From NCBI GenBank assembly GCA_019057475.1, contig DXJO01000010.1, positions 288,001-352,000 of the forward strand: DNA of 64,000 nucleotides, in the 5' to 3' direction. The translations under genes were made by a program, and so were the position numbers. How positions within the stretch are numbered: position 1 is the first letter of the stretch; every line of letters starts with the position of its first letter. Below, one piece after another: positions 1-8,960 of the stretch. Origin of the DNA: Candidatus Thorarchaeota archaeon (lineage in GTDB: Archaea; Asgardarchaeota; Thorarchaeia; Thorarchaeales; Thorarchaeaceae). Below the pieces are notes generated by a model. It worked only from the letters and a program-made list of their open reading frames with translations, was not told where the DNA came from and did no database searches.

Positions 1-1256
1 GTGGCCACATGGTCAGCTTCACAGAATCCGACAACGTGGACTATCTGAGGCTTGAGCATCATTCCAGTGTGTATTGATGATGCAAGCTGACCCTTGCCCA
101 TGTCCATATCTGGAGGATAAGAGAAGAGCCCTGGTCTAACCTGTCTAATCGAAGTGAATCGGTGATCATGTAGTGACTCTATTAGCTCGATTTTGGCAAA
201 CATCTTGGCCAAATCCATCTTCGGGGAGGTCCCTAGGGGGGTATTGAGCATATACTGTGCAATGTAGCAATGCACGCCCGCAGCCTTGGCGTTGTAGGCC
301 GCCAGATAAGCCATGGCAACAGCAATTGTGTCATGGGTGCTTCGTAAGCTCCATTGATGTGACTCGTTGACTTCAACAGGGACTCTGTGTCTGGCGTGCC
401 ATTCGTGATTGCGTTTATTCTCCTCTATCGCATCCTCGAGAGATTTCTTGCTACGACCATCGAGTTCACTATACCATAATAGTGGAGTTGCACACCAAGC
501 ATTGCTGATGGTATTTTGAAGTAATTGTGCCCATTTCAACAGATCCGTTGTTCCACTATAGCACCTCAGCAGTGGGAAATTCCCCTTTCGAGATGCTTCG
601 AAGAGTTTCCGTAGATCATCTGCTTTCCGCAGTGGTACGCCGCCATCACCTTCTAGATTCCTATTCATCTCTGACGGTCGGAAAAATGACTCCTGTGCAT
701 TCTGGTCGGGACCGATTGAGATGACATCCAACACGGACGCGTCTGCAATCTTCCCAACACCGTCGATAGTGTCCTCAAGCGATGGTAAACCAAAGTGATG
801 ACGAATGATTGGCATCGGACTTTTATTTTCAAACCTTGCCAACAAATCCTGAGGGAACCTTTCCTCCTCTTTCTTTGATGAATGCCCTCTGAGAAAGGCA
901 AATGAATCTTCATCTGTTGAGAAACCGGTGAATATCTCTTCGAACAGGCCAATTTCTTCGGCAATTGGTTTTGTCTGAGCTGTACAACCCAAGATCCATC
1001 TCTTCTTCTCAAGACCATGTTTTAGTATGGCTATCCTTAGGTCTCTGAATAGGTTCATTGCACTTTCCCTTGTCAATCGATAGCTCACTCCAATGACGTC
1101 AGGATTATGTTTCTTGGTTTCCCTCATGAGTTCTTCAATTGATACTGCTGGACCTAGGAACACTGTATTATGGCCCTCATTCTCCGCAAGTGAGAGGAAT
1201 CGAAACACACCAGCAACGTGGACGCAATTCCCAATCGCAGCCCCCAGAATCTTCAA
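1..1256 (-). CDS. Cobalamin (B12)-binding domain protein with a large C-terminal catalytic-type domain; 3' end runs off the window
   Basis: Not in the ORF track. My translation from TTG at 1256 gives MKILGAAIGNCVHVAGVFRFLSLAENEGHNTVFLGPAVSIEEL...PDVIGVSYRLT, a His-on B12 motif variant (CxHxxG for DxHxxG), and stays open to the window edge. The TTG overlaps the upstream TGA (TTGA). Confidence 0.8.
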   Translation of the reverse strand, partial: MKILGAAIGNCVHVAGVFRFLSLAENEGHNTVFLGPAVSIEELMRETKKHNPDVIGVSYRLTRESAMNLFRDLRIAILKHGLEKKRWILGCTAQTKPIAEEIGLFEEIFTGFSTDEDSFAFLRGHSSKKEEERFPQDLLARFENKSPMPIIRHHFGLPSLEDTIDGVGKIADASVLDVISIGPDQNAQESFFRPSEMNRNLEGDGGVPLRKADDLRKLFEASRKGNFPLLRCYSGTTDLLKWAQLLQNTISNAWCATPLLWYSELDGRSKKSLEDAIEENKRNHEWHARHRVPVEVNESHQWSLRSTHDTIAVAMAYLAAYNAKAAGVHCYIAQYMLNTPLGTSPKMDLAKMFAKIELIESLHDHRFTSIRQVRPGLFSYPPDMDMGKGQLASSIHTGMMLKPQIVHVVGFCEADHVA

Positions 1257-2431
1257 GTTTCATCCACTTCTACTTCGTAGAGGTTGTAGCTGCTGGGGAA
1301 AACACTCCATTCTGCGAGTCTAACTCCTAGCTCAACATATTCTGCGACTTCCTGCGGGTTCATTCCCACAAGACCCATGTTTGCAAGGCTTCTCCCAGTG
1401 CGCCGGAAATCACATTCATAGAGCTGGCACGCCATTTCGATTACAGCATCGATAGCTGGTGTTTCAACCCCACAGAGATCACCCAGATTGGATATGGGTA
1501 CAAGCCCGGTGGGAATGTCCTCCAAGACATAGCGGTGTTGAAGCGATCCCGGGCTGCCAACTCCATCGTAAGCATCTATGCTTTGAATACATTCACGTAG
1601 TGAGTTGCCCTCCGCATCATATGTATCTTCCAGCCATTCCAGCAGAGTCATCGGGTATGGCGAGAACTGGCTTGCCACATTGACTCGTTCGGCGTCCATT
1701 CGTTCAATTAGTCGTCCTACGGACTCCGATATCGCGTCATGATAATGGTTGTACCCTCCTCGTCTTGATTCCAATAGTCCTGCGCATAGAATCGTCGGCG
1801 TGGGATGTAGCATTGCTCCCACATTGTTCAGTCCTGTTTCCATTACATCATTGACAAGCTCCAGTGTAAGGGGAAGGTCTCCCAAGCGCTTCAGAAACTT
1901 TTGGTTTGCAGATGCGGGAAACGCACTGACACGCACCAAGTTTTTGATTTTCGACACCTTAACAGAACTAATCCCTGTCGTCCTGGAAACGAAGCTGAAA
2001 GTTTGTGCTTCACCCAAGAGAATATTCTGTGTGTTTGGATATGATTCAATAATGTGAGCAAACTCTAAAGCGCCGCCGGTGCGGCCTGGCATTAAGAGCA
2101 CTAGTTGGCCATCTTCTAGATAGGGCGCCATCTTGTGCGCAAAGAACCCATGTGCCTGGGCAGGTACAGTCACAATCAGTATTTCTCGATTTCTAATGGC
2201 CCTAGCCATATTGCTGGTGACCAGGGGGATCTGAGCATATCCCTCAATGACCCCATAGACATCCAGTCCGCCTCGGTCCATAATTCCCCTGACGTTTTCA
2301 AAAGTGCGATTATATAGAGCGACATCTAAACCGTGGAGAGACATGTAGCCAGCAAGTCCTCTGCCGGCATTTCCTCCACCCAAGATAGCTATCCTTGCGG
2401 TGTTTGTTCTGTTTCCTTTTTTCACCTGCAT
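1253..2431 (-). CDS. NAD/NADP octopine/nopaline (opine) dehydrogenase family protein
   Basis: Rossmann GGGNAG, PGRTGGALEF, NVGAMLHP and HRYVLEDIPTGLVP motifs typical of the family. Confidence 0.9.
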   Translation of the reverse strand: MQVKKGNRTNTARIAILGGGNAGRGLAGYMSLHGLDVALYNRTFENVRGIMDRGGLDVYGVIEGYAQIPLVTSNMARAIRNREILIVTVPAQAHGFFAHKMAPYLEDGQLVLLMPGRTGGALEFAHIIESYPNTQNILLGEAQTFSFVSRTTGISSVKVSKIKNLVRVSAFPASANQKFLKRLGDLPLTLELVNDVMETGLNNVGAMLHPTPTILCAGLLESRRGGYNHYHDAISESVGRLIERMDAERVNVASQFSPYPMTLLEWLEDTYDAEGNSLRECIQSIDAYDGVGSPGSLQHRYVLEDIPTGLVPISNLGDLCGVETPAIDAVIEMACQLYECDFRRTGRSLANMGLVGMNPQEVAEYVELGVRLAEWSVFPSSYNLYEVEVDET

Positions 2432-2594
2432 AAGGCACGTTCTCCTGTGCTATACCATGAGATTGGTTGCCAATCGTGATCCCGGCGACAGAGTACACCC
2501 TATAATGGACCAGCTTTGCACTGGCAGACCAATGGGCCAATCGTTTCCCTCTTGAGTCTCAGATATCTTCTCTTCAGAGAGGATTAGGCAGTTG

Positions 2595-2675
2595 CATATA
2601 TAACTGTGTTCAACTTTTTATGCCTTATAAGGGCCAGATAGGGTTTTTGGCATCCATTTTGGGTCATATAAGGCA
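2595..2675 (-). promoter_or_regulatory. Putative TATA box and operator-like palindromes upstream of the opine dehydrogenase/B12 operon
   Basis: Minus-strand GTTATATATG at 2595-2604; perfect palindrome CCTTATAAGG at 2623-2632; 9-bp inverted repeat TGCCTTATA (2621-2629) / TATAAGGCA (2667-2675). Confidence 0.4.
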
Positions 2676-2813
2676 ATAGAGTCGTAATAAGATGCAAGAA
2701 ACGCTTGTCTCTATCCTCGGACAGAGTGAGGTGCAGGCCAAGACGGGGTAGCGGTGCAACGGTACTGGTTGCCCCGACATCAGCGGGAGCCTACCTATTG
2801 TACGCTACTGAGC

Positions 2814-3560
2814 TCATTTGGTGCAAAGGACAGGAAGAACATCAGGTGCGTTTCGCCACCGATTATTGTAGTCATTCGTTGGACTGCGTGGTGCCTTCTC
2901 GTCGCCCCACCGACCTCGGTAAATCACGAAGTTGGTATCTTCCAGTCGTTTGAGATTTCGGCCGCTATCCCACACAGGACCACCGTCAGATATCTTGTCA
3001 CATAGCACACGAACGGCGCAGAAAGGTCTGCTGCTAGGCGCTGGGTAGTTTGCGTGAGAGCCTAGTGCCACCCATGAGTGAATGTGATGATCATCAAGAG
3101 TAGGAAGTTCCGCCTCAAAGCCGGGAAGGGTTCTGTCGCCAGGTCTTGAACTCAAACGCGCCTCCAAATGATTTGAGAGCAACCAGATTGTAGACGGACC
3201 TTCCTCAAGTTGAGGATAGATTCGTACTTCTACATGCTCCCAGTCGCCAAGATGTTCGCCGCGACCAAATGGAGCGTTCGGAAATCTATTGTATCGATAC
3301 CAGAACCAGTATCGAATCTGGGTGAAGTCTTCATCTTTCCAGGTTTCGAAATAACATGGTGTAGAGGGGTCGAGGGTATTGGGCGATAGGTCCTTAGTGA
3401 AGAGAGCCCAGTCAGAGGAGTATCTGTCAAAGATTTCTTCTGCATCTGATGGGAAACAACAATACTGGCCCTCCTTAGGATGAAAATGCAAGATGGGCGC
3501 AAACTCGCGAACCAGTGATTCAGTTCTATCAGGTTCTTCTGACATATCCCTTCCACCCAA
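2814..3560 (-). CDS. Vps62-related protein
   Basis: FAPILHFHPKE..FPSD, YWFWYRYN, HLGDWEHV and ALGSHANY motifs match the Vps62 family pattern. The true start may be MSEEPD. Confidence 0.7.
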   Translation of the reverse strand: MGGRDMSEEPDRTESLVREFAPILHFHPKEGQYCCFPSDAEEIFDRYSSDWALFTKDLSPNTLDPSTPCYFETWKDEDFTQIRYWFWYRYNRFPNAPFGRGEHLGDWEHVEVRIYPQLEEGPSTIWLLSNHLEARLSSRPGDRTLPGFEAELPTLDDHHIHSWVALGSHANYPAPSSRPFCAVRVLCDKISDGGPVWDSGRNLKRLEDTNFVIYRGRWGDEKAPRSPTNDYNNRWRNAPDVLPVLCTK

Positions 3561-3618
3561 GTTCAGGTGATATGCTTCAGCTTCGACAGCATTTGAATGG
3601 TTTGACGGAGAGTACCTC

Positions 3619-4791
3619 CTACATGTCGGACGTTTCCTGAATGATAACGCCGCCTGGAGGTCTACCAGTCAACATACTTGGAGTCTGCCCTGTTGCATTT
3701 TCATAATCCTTGGTCATTGAACGAATGAACTCATCCGCATGCTTTGCTTTGACGAGGCTGATGATAGCGCCCCCGAATCCAGCTCCAGTCAATCGACTCC
3801 CTAGCACTCCTTTCTGCCGCTTCGCAAGTTCTACCAACAAGTCAAGTTGCGGGTGTGAAACCGCGTAGAGATCTCTGGAGCTTGCGTGTGATTCATACAT
3901 GAGTTGTCCAAAGTCCTTCAGTCGGCCTTCCCTGAGCATGTCCATGCCTCTTTGGACTCTAATATTCTCCATTGCAACGTGTCGTACTCTACGTGCAAGT
4001 GTTTCCTCAAGCACCGCATCAACTGCACCCAGCTGATCTGGGACTATCTCACTGAGATTCTTGGAATTCCAGCCGGCCTCTGTAAGCTGGGCAAGTGCGC
4101 TCTGACATTCTGTTCTGCGCTCGTTGAGGGCATCATAAGCGGGTCTGGAAACCATGGTATCTGTTACAACTAGTTCGACGTCCGGGCTCAATGGGATGTT
4201 TCCGATTCTAAGGCTTGCACAGTGAATAGCGAGGAGATTCCCAGGCTTGCTGAGTTGAGATGTGAACTGATCCATAAGTCCGCAAGCCACTCCGCAGTAG
4301 AGGCGCTCCGCTTCAAAAGCCAGCATTGCAAGAGCCTTTGGATTCAGCTCAAGCCTGCTGATGTGTGCCACAAGATTCGCGAGGGAAACCTCAAAGGCAG
4401 CTGACGAACCCAGCCCAGAACCTATCGGGACGTCCCCGAATATGACCACTGTTACTCCCCGAATCTTGTGTTTTCTCCTTGAGAATGCCCAGTAGATGCC
4501 CCGTGCGAAGTCTCCCCAGTTTTGAGTGCCAGTAGGTTTCACTACATTCGGATGGAATGTTATCGATTCTCTGAAGTTCATCGACCTTAGATTTACCTCT
4601 TCGGACGGAACCCCCAGTGACCAGACATACCTCTCAATCGTAGATGCCAGTACAAAACCGCCGTTGTAGTCGATATGGTTACCGAGCACCTCCACTCTTC
4701 CCGGTGCTCTAACGAGAACTGGAGGTGGTCCTTTTCCCCCTGTAACGCTGTCTAGTTGGTCAATCATACCTTCCGGTATCTGGACCTTCAT
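3619..4791 (-). CDS. galK: Galactokinase
   Basis: APGRVEVLGNHIDYNGG, PIGSGLGSSAA, CGLMDQ, GSRLTGAGFGG. ATG at 4791 overlaps the galT stop (ATGA). Confidence 0.9.
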   Translation of the reverse strand: MKVQIPEGMIDQLDSVTGGKGPPPVLVRAPGRVEVLGNHIDYNGGFVLASTIERYVWSLGVPSEEVNLRSMNFRESITFHPNVVKPTGTQNWGDFARGIYWAFSRRKHKIRGVTVVIFGDVPIGSGLGSSAAFEVSLANLVAHISRLELNPKALAMLAFEAERLYCGVACGLMDQFTSQLSKPGNLLAIHCASLRIGNIPLSPDVELVVTDTMVSRPAYDALNERRTECQSALAQLTEAGWNSKNLSEIVPDQLGAVDAVLEETLARRVRHVAMENIRVQRGMDMLREGRLKDFGQLMYESHASSRDLYAVSHPQLDLLVELAKRQKGVLGSRLTGAGFGGAIISLVKAKHADEFIRSMTKDYENATGQTPSMLTGRPPGGVIIQETSDM

Positions 4792-5738
4792 ACTGCCTCT
4801 CTCAATTCTTTCGCTGACTCCTCGGGCGTGGAGTCGTTCATGTACGTCCATCCGCCAGTTTCGATGCCCCCGAGGTACTTCCTGGTCTTCCTATCCCTCC
4901 AAATGGGATAGAATTCAATGTGGAAATGCCAGTAGGGATGCTCACCAACTGATGGTCGTGTATGAAACGCCATCACATAGGCGTTCTCTTCGAAGAATTT
5001 CGCGTATCGTTTCACAGTATCCTTGATAACTTGTCCCAGCTCTAGGAGCTGGTCTTCTAGCTCAATCAGGCTTGCAACATGCTTCCGTGGGTAGATATGA
5101 ACCTCATAGGGAAGTCGTGCGTAAAATGGTACGAGTGATATGAAGTGCTTTGTCTGCTTTATGATTCTCGGGGACCCTGATTTGAACTCATTCTCCACTG
5201 CTTTGCAGACTATGCAGTTGGACTCACTCTCCCAGAGTTTTCTTGACTGTGCCAACTCTCTCTCGATTCGAGGCGGGAGGAACGGAATCGCCATCACTTG
5301 GCCATGGGCATGGTCCAAGCTGACTCCAATGGCTTGGCCCCTATTCTCGAATTCCAGCACGTATGCAATGCCTTTCAACTTGTCCAGTTCTCTGAACACG
5401 CGAAGGTATTCCTGAAGGATAAGCTGGATTTGCTTGTCATCCATATCTTCGAACTGCTCGGTATGGTCGCGTGAATAGACAATGACCTTGCTAGCACCAT
5501 ATGCGGGGCCATCCATAACTATGCCACTGTCTAGAGGGAACGGAGGAAAATCAGGTGAAAGAGCAGGGAACTTATTGTCAAGAGTGAGCACCTCCCACTC
5601 TCCCTGGGTTTCTGGCTGCCCTGGACAAAATGGACACTCATGGTACTGTTCCTGAAATGGTCTACTGGCTCTCTCCTTGGTCACTATGATCCATTCGCCA
5701 AGCATCGGATTGAATCGTACTCTACTCATAGTTGGCAC
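4788..5738 (-). CDS. galT: Galactose-1-phosphate uridylyltransferase
   Basis: CPFCPG, NKFPAL, FENRG..IGVSLDHAHGQ (HxHxQ active site), HFHIEFYP. Confidence 0.92.
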   Translation of the reverse strand: MPTMSRVRFNPMLGEWIIVTKERASRPFQEQYHECPFCPGQPETQGEWEVLTLDNKFPALSPDFPPFPLDSGIVMDGPAYGASKVIVYSRDHTEQFEDMDDKQIQLILQEYLRVFRELDKLKGIAYVLEFENRGQAIGVSLDHAHGQVMAIPFLPPRIERELAQSRKLWESESNCIVCKAVENEFKSGSPRIIKQTKHFISLVPFYARLPYEVHIYPRKHVASLIELEDQLLELGQVIKDTVKRYAKFFEENAYVMAFHTRPSVGEHPYWHFHIEFYPIWRDRKTRKYLGGIETGGWTYMNDSTPEESAKELREAV

Positions 5739-5794
5739 ACCACTATGAGCTGGCGGAATAATATCGCAGATTAAGGTGTTACGGAGCGGTCATC

Positions 5795-6613
5795 GTGTAT
5801 TCTATAAGGTGCAGCAGTGAGAATCACGGTGCATTGACGAACGCGGATAGAATTGCAAGCCTGGAGGAGCTGGCTTACAATGCATGGACTGCTTGTTATG
5901 TTGAACAATATGGTCAGTGGTTTCTACGAGCAGACGAAGGCGTAACCAGGCGGGCAAACAGTGTGTTTCCTTTTGGAGCGCCTCCAACAAGCAACCTGCA
6001 GGACGCAGTAGAACACTGCATCGGTTTCTACAAGAAACGTGATATCCTGCCAAGATTCCAAGTAACATCGGCAAGCAAGCCAGACGGATTGGACAAGAGC
6101 CTTGAAGACATTGGCTTCGCGTTTGAGATGAGAACCTACCTGCAAACTGCTCCAATAGAAAAACTCCTTCACTTCGAGCCAACCATCAGAGTAGAAATTC
6201 TGAGGGACCCCGTACCAGTCTGGATTCAAACATATGCGGAGGCAGGAGGATTCGGAAAGCATTCCATGAAAATTCGAGAAGGCATCTTTAGGCGCACCGC
6301 TCTAGACAAGGCCTTTGCCTTGGCCAAAACTGACGAAGATGGTATGGGGGCTGGGCTTGGTGTCTTGGAAGGGGATTGGCTTGGACTATTCGGCATTGAA
6401 ACCCTTCCAAGTCAGCGAAGAAAGGGGGTTGCTATTGCTGTGAACCATGCCCTTGCATCATGGGGCGCCCAGCGAGGCGCCAGAAGAGTGTACCTTCAGG
6501 TGGAGGCTAGCAATGATTCTGCCCTGAAGCTATACAGCAAGATGGGTTTCGAAACGGAGTATCACTACTGGTATCGAACGCTCGGTCTCGACACTGCTGC
6601 TGATTCGCCTTGA
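5795..6613 (+). CDS. GNAT family N-acetyltransferase
   Basis: QRRKGVA acetyl-CoA motif, YLQVEASNDSALKLYSKMGF, N-terminal GVTRRANSV. Confidence 0.85.
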   Translation: MYSIRCSSENHGALTNADRIASLEELAYNAWTACYVEQYGQWFLRADEGVTRRANSVFPFGAPPTSNLQDAVEHCIGFYKKRDILPRFQVTSASKPDGLDKSLEDIGFAFEMRTYLQTAPIEKLLHFEPTIRVEILRDPVPVWIQTYAEAGGFGKHSMKIREGIFRRTALDKAFALAKTDEDGMGAGLGVLEGDWLGLFGIETLPSQRRKGVAIAVNHALASWGAQRGARRVYLQVEASNDSALKLYSKMGFETEYHYWYRTLGLDTAADSP

Positions 6614-6615
6614 AG

Positions 6616-7392
6616 CTAGATCCTTTCCACCCACGCTTCGTACTCTGACTTGATTCGAGCGGCCTCATCAGTGTCGCCGAAGTCAGCTGGGCTTACTGTG
6701 ATGTCTTCTCCGTCCGTGATCACTTCTATGACCATCGTTCCTGGAGCTTCTATTTTGATACCTGCTTTGCCATCTCTCTCGAATCGTTCAGTGTAGACAA
6801 GATCTGCGTTTTTCATTGTAGCGAGCAGAAGGAATGCAGTCTTCCTGTCCGCAAGTGAACCTGGAAGTTTAGGTGCAGGCTTAGCTATTTGCACCGGTTC
6901 GTGTACTGGTTCTGGTACAGGTTCCGGTTCTGCAGCCGCAGGTTTCAATTCAATTGCTGGTCTTGGCTCCGGACGAGGTGCTTGCGCTCGCGCCGCCTCA
7001 GGTGAACCGGGTATCGGCTCGGAGCTTTCCTTTGCCTTTCCAGGAAACGCAAGATACTTGTCCTCAAAATTAAACTTGCCCTGCAATGCGGCCTTGAAAG
7101 CAGCAATGTCCTCAGCCACTTTTCGATCGCTGTCGTTCTTCTCGTTCATCTCAGCTATCCTTGAAGTCGCCATACCTATGGTCGTGATGCCAATCTTGAA
7201 TCCCGATCTCTGGAAGAATTTGCTCATCCGCAGCGCGTGCATTCTGGTTGGCATACTTACGTTTCGTCCAATCCACAGCCAGCAAACATCGTTCAATTCA
7301 TCCAATACAATGAGTGCATTATCGCTGGTCACAAGGTGCGGGTTGAGCTTCACAGGCGATAACTCACCAGCATCATCCTGCAACATCAACAT
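6616..7392 (-). CDS. Gelsolin-like domain + Pro/Glu-rich linker + uncharacterised C-terminal domain
   Basis: LVTSDNALIVLDELNDVCWLWIGRNVSMPTRMHA resembles the gelsolin-domain core (L.S.D..I.D....WxWxG). Confidence 0.6.
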   Translation of the reverse strand: MLMLQDDAGELSPVKLNPHLVTSDNALIVLDELNDVCWLWIGRNVSMPTRMHALRMSKFFQRSGFKIGITTIGMATSRIAEMNEKNDSDRKVAEDIAAFKAALQGKFNFEDKYLAFPGKAKESSEPIPGSPEAARAQAPRPEPRPAIELKPAAAEPEPVPEPVHEPVQIAKPAPKLPGSLADRKTAFLLLATMKNADLVYTERFERDGKAGIKIEAPGTMVIEVITDGEDITVSPADFGDTDEAARIKSEYEAWVERI

Positions 7393-7735
7393 GAAGGGTC
7401 TTCTAGAGAGTGCTTTTGGAGAAATTATGGTCGCCTCCTATACTAAGTGTCCACTCTATTCTTCTAGGTACTGCCATTTAACAGATTTGTGGACAGACTC
7501 CATCATTTCCGGATTGCAAGGCTATTGTAGTAGAACCCCTGTCTGTTAACGACCTGATGCAAATGTCCTGGATCGCGACTGCTGATAACTCATGCCCTAG
7601 ACTCTGATATGATGTCTTCTAGGAGAACCACACTACGAAAAAACAGAAGCTGGACCGAGAAACACATTGGTGTCAACTTCAGTCCGGTGGAAACGCGACT
7701 TCCATTAAGGGAGCGGCAGGAATAAGAGGATTCTA

Positions 7736-7888
7736 CTACTTCATTGCAAACCTGGGGCATTTTTCCTTAGTTATGCCAGGGGTTTCACAGGGTTTCTGCA
7801 TTCCTGTGTAGAATTTGAATCCATCCACACCGCAAGTGCCATCTTTTGCATTGTATTCCGGGCAAGTCATTATTTCTTTCACCAGCAT
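7736..7888 (-). CDS. Small 4-Cys protein (50 aa), putative metal-binding
   Basis: My translation: MLVKEIMTCPEYNAKDGTCGVDGFKFYTGMQKPCETPGITKEKCPRFAMK*. It is shorter than the ORFs listed in the track and lies in an otherwise empty gap. Confidence 0.5.
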   Translation of the reverse strand: MLVKEIMTCPEYNAKDGTCGVDGFKFYTGMQKPCETPGITKEKCPRFAMK

Positions 7889-8038
7889 TGGTCAAGTCCT
7901 GCATCTCCCAGAGGGTAGTCAAGACTTGCACTCGTCGTTTCTAGTCGCCGCATATTAACGTTATTCGGTTAGCCTCCCGTTTGCGAAATCACGTCGAAAT
8001 CGATACGATGCATACATTCGTTTGGATGCGCCACTCCT

Positions 8039-8851
8039 TCAAAGGAATCCGCTTTCCTGCAGCACACTCCTGAGTAGATCAGGCTCGTCCGTGAATATGC
8101 CATCTACGTCAAGATTCACGAGCCACTTCATTGTAGGCGCATCGTTGATTGTCCACACATGAACGGCGATGTTTCTGTCATGTGCCGCTTGCACGAATCT
8201 AGAGTCGACAACGGTAGTCTTTCCATCCTTAATGGGAACCTGAAAAGCCCTGTACGTGGGAGTTCTGACGAGCAAGCGCAATACGTGCAACTTGAGTCCG
8301 ATGACAAACCGCTTCACTTCTCCTGGGTGTGCGCTCGTGGCAACCGTTGGGAATACTTTTCGGAATTGTTCAAGTTGAAAATCATGAAACGATGCCACAA
8401 TCACCGATTCTTCTCTACCATGGCTTCGAATCTCTTTTGCAAGCAAGCTGGGGGCTTCTGGGTCTTTATCCTTAATGTCGAGGTTGAATCGCATGTCGGG
8501 AAACTCTGCAAATGCATCCCTTAGGGTGAGCAGTCTGAGCCCCTTCCCTCTGAAGGGGAATGTGTTTCCCCCATCAGGTGTGAAGGTATGACCCACATCG
8601 ATATTCAGAAGTTCCTCCAAGGTGTAGTCACAGATTCGTCCTTTCTGACCTGTGGTTCGGATCAGGTCATCATCATGGAACAGCACGAATTCCCTGTCCT
8701 TAGTGAGATGAAGGTCTGTTTCGAGCAGGTCCACTCCAATCTCGATTGCACTTCTCATCGACAGCATTGAGTTCTCCGGAACAGCAGCGGAGTCGCCTCT
8801 ATGCGCCATTATCAATGGGCGCTCCCTCTCAAAAACCCGCGAACCCATCAT
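8039..8851 (-). CDS. Glycerophosphodiester phosphodiesterase
   Basis: AHRG, PENS, ETDLHLTKD, HD, NLDIK, VHVWTIND, VDGIFTD. Start uncertain. Confidence 0.92.
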   Translation of the reverse strand: MMGSRVFERERPLIMAHRGDSAAVPENSMLSMRSAIEIGVDLLETDLHLTKDREFVLFHDDDLIRTTGQKGRICDYTLEELLNIDVGHTFTPDGGNTFPFRGKGLRLLTLRDAFAEFPDMRFNLDIKDKDPEAPSLLAKEIRSHGREESVIVASFHDFQLEQFRKVFPTVATSAHPGEVKRFVIGLKLHVLRLLVRTPTYRAFQVPIKDGKTTVVDSRFVQAAHDRNIAVHVWTINDAPTMKWLVNLDVDGIFTDEPDLLRSVLQESGFL

Positions 8852-8960
8852 ATAATGGGTTGGGGAATGGCCACGAATAAATCCTCTCTTTGGGCAGTCT
8901 TTCACTGTCTGACACAAATGAAGAGCACGGGAGCACGCACGTGCTCCGGTACTATTTTGT

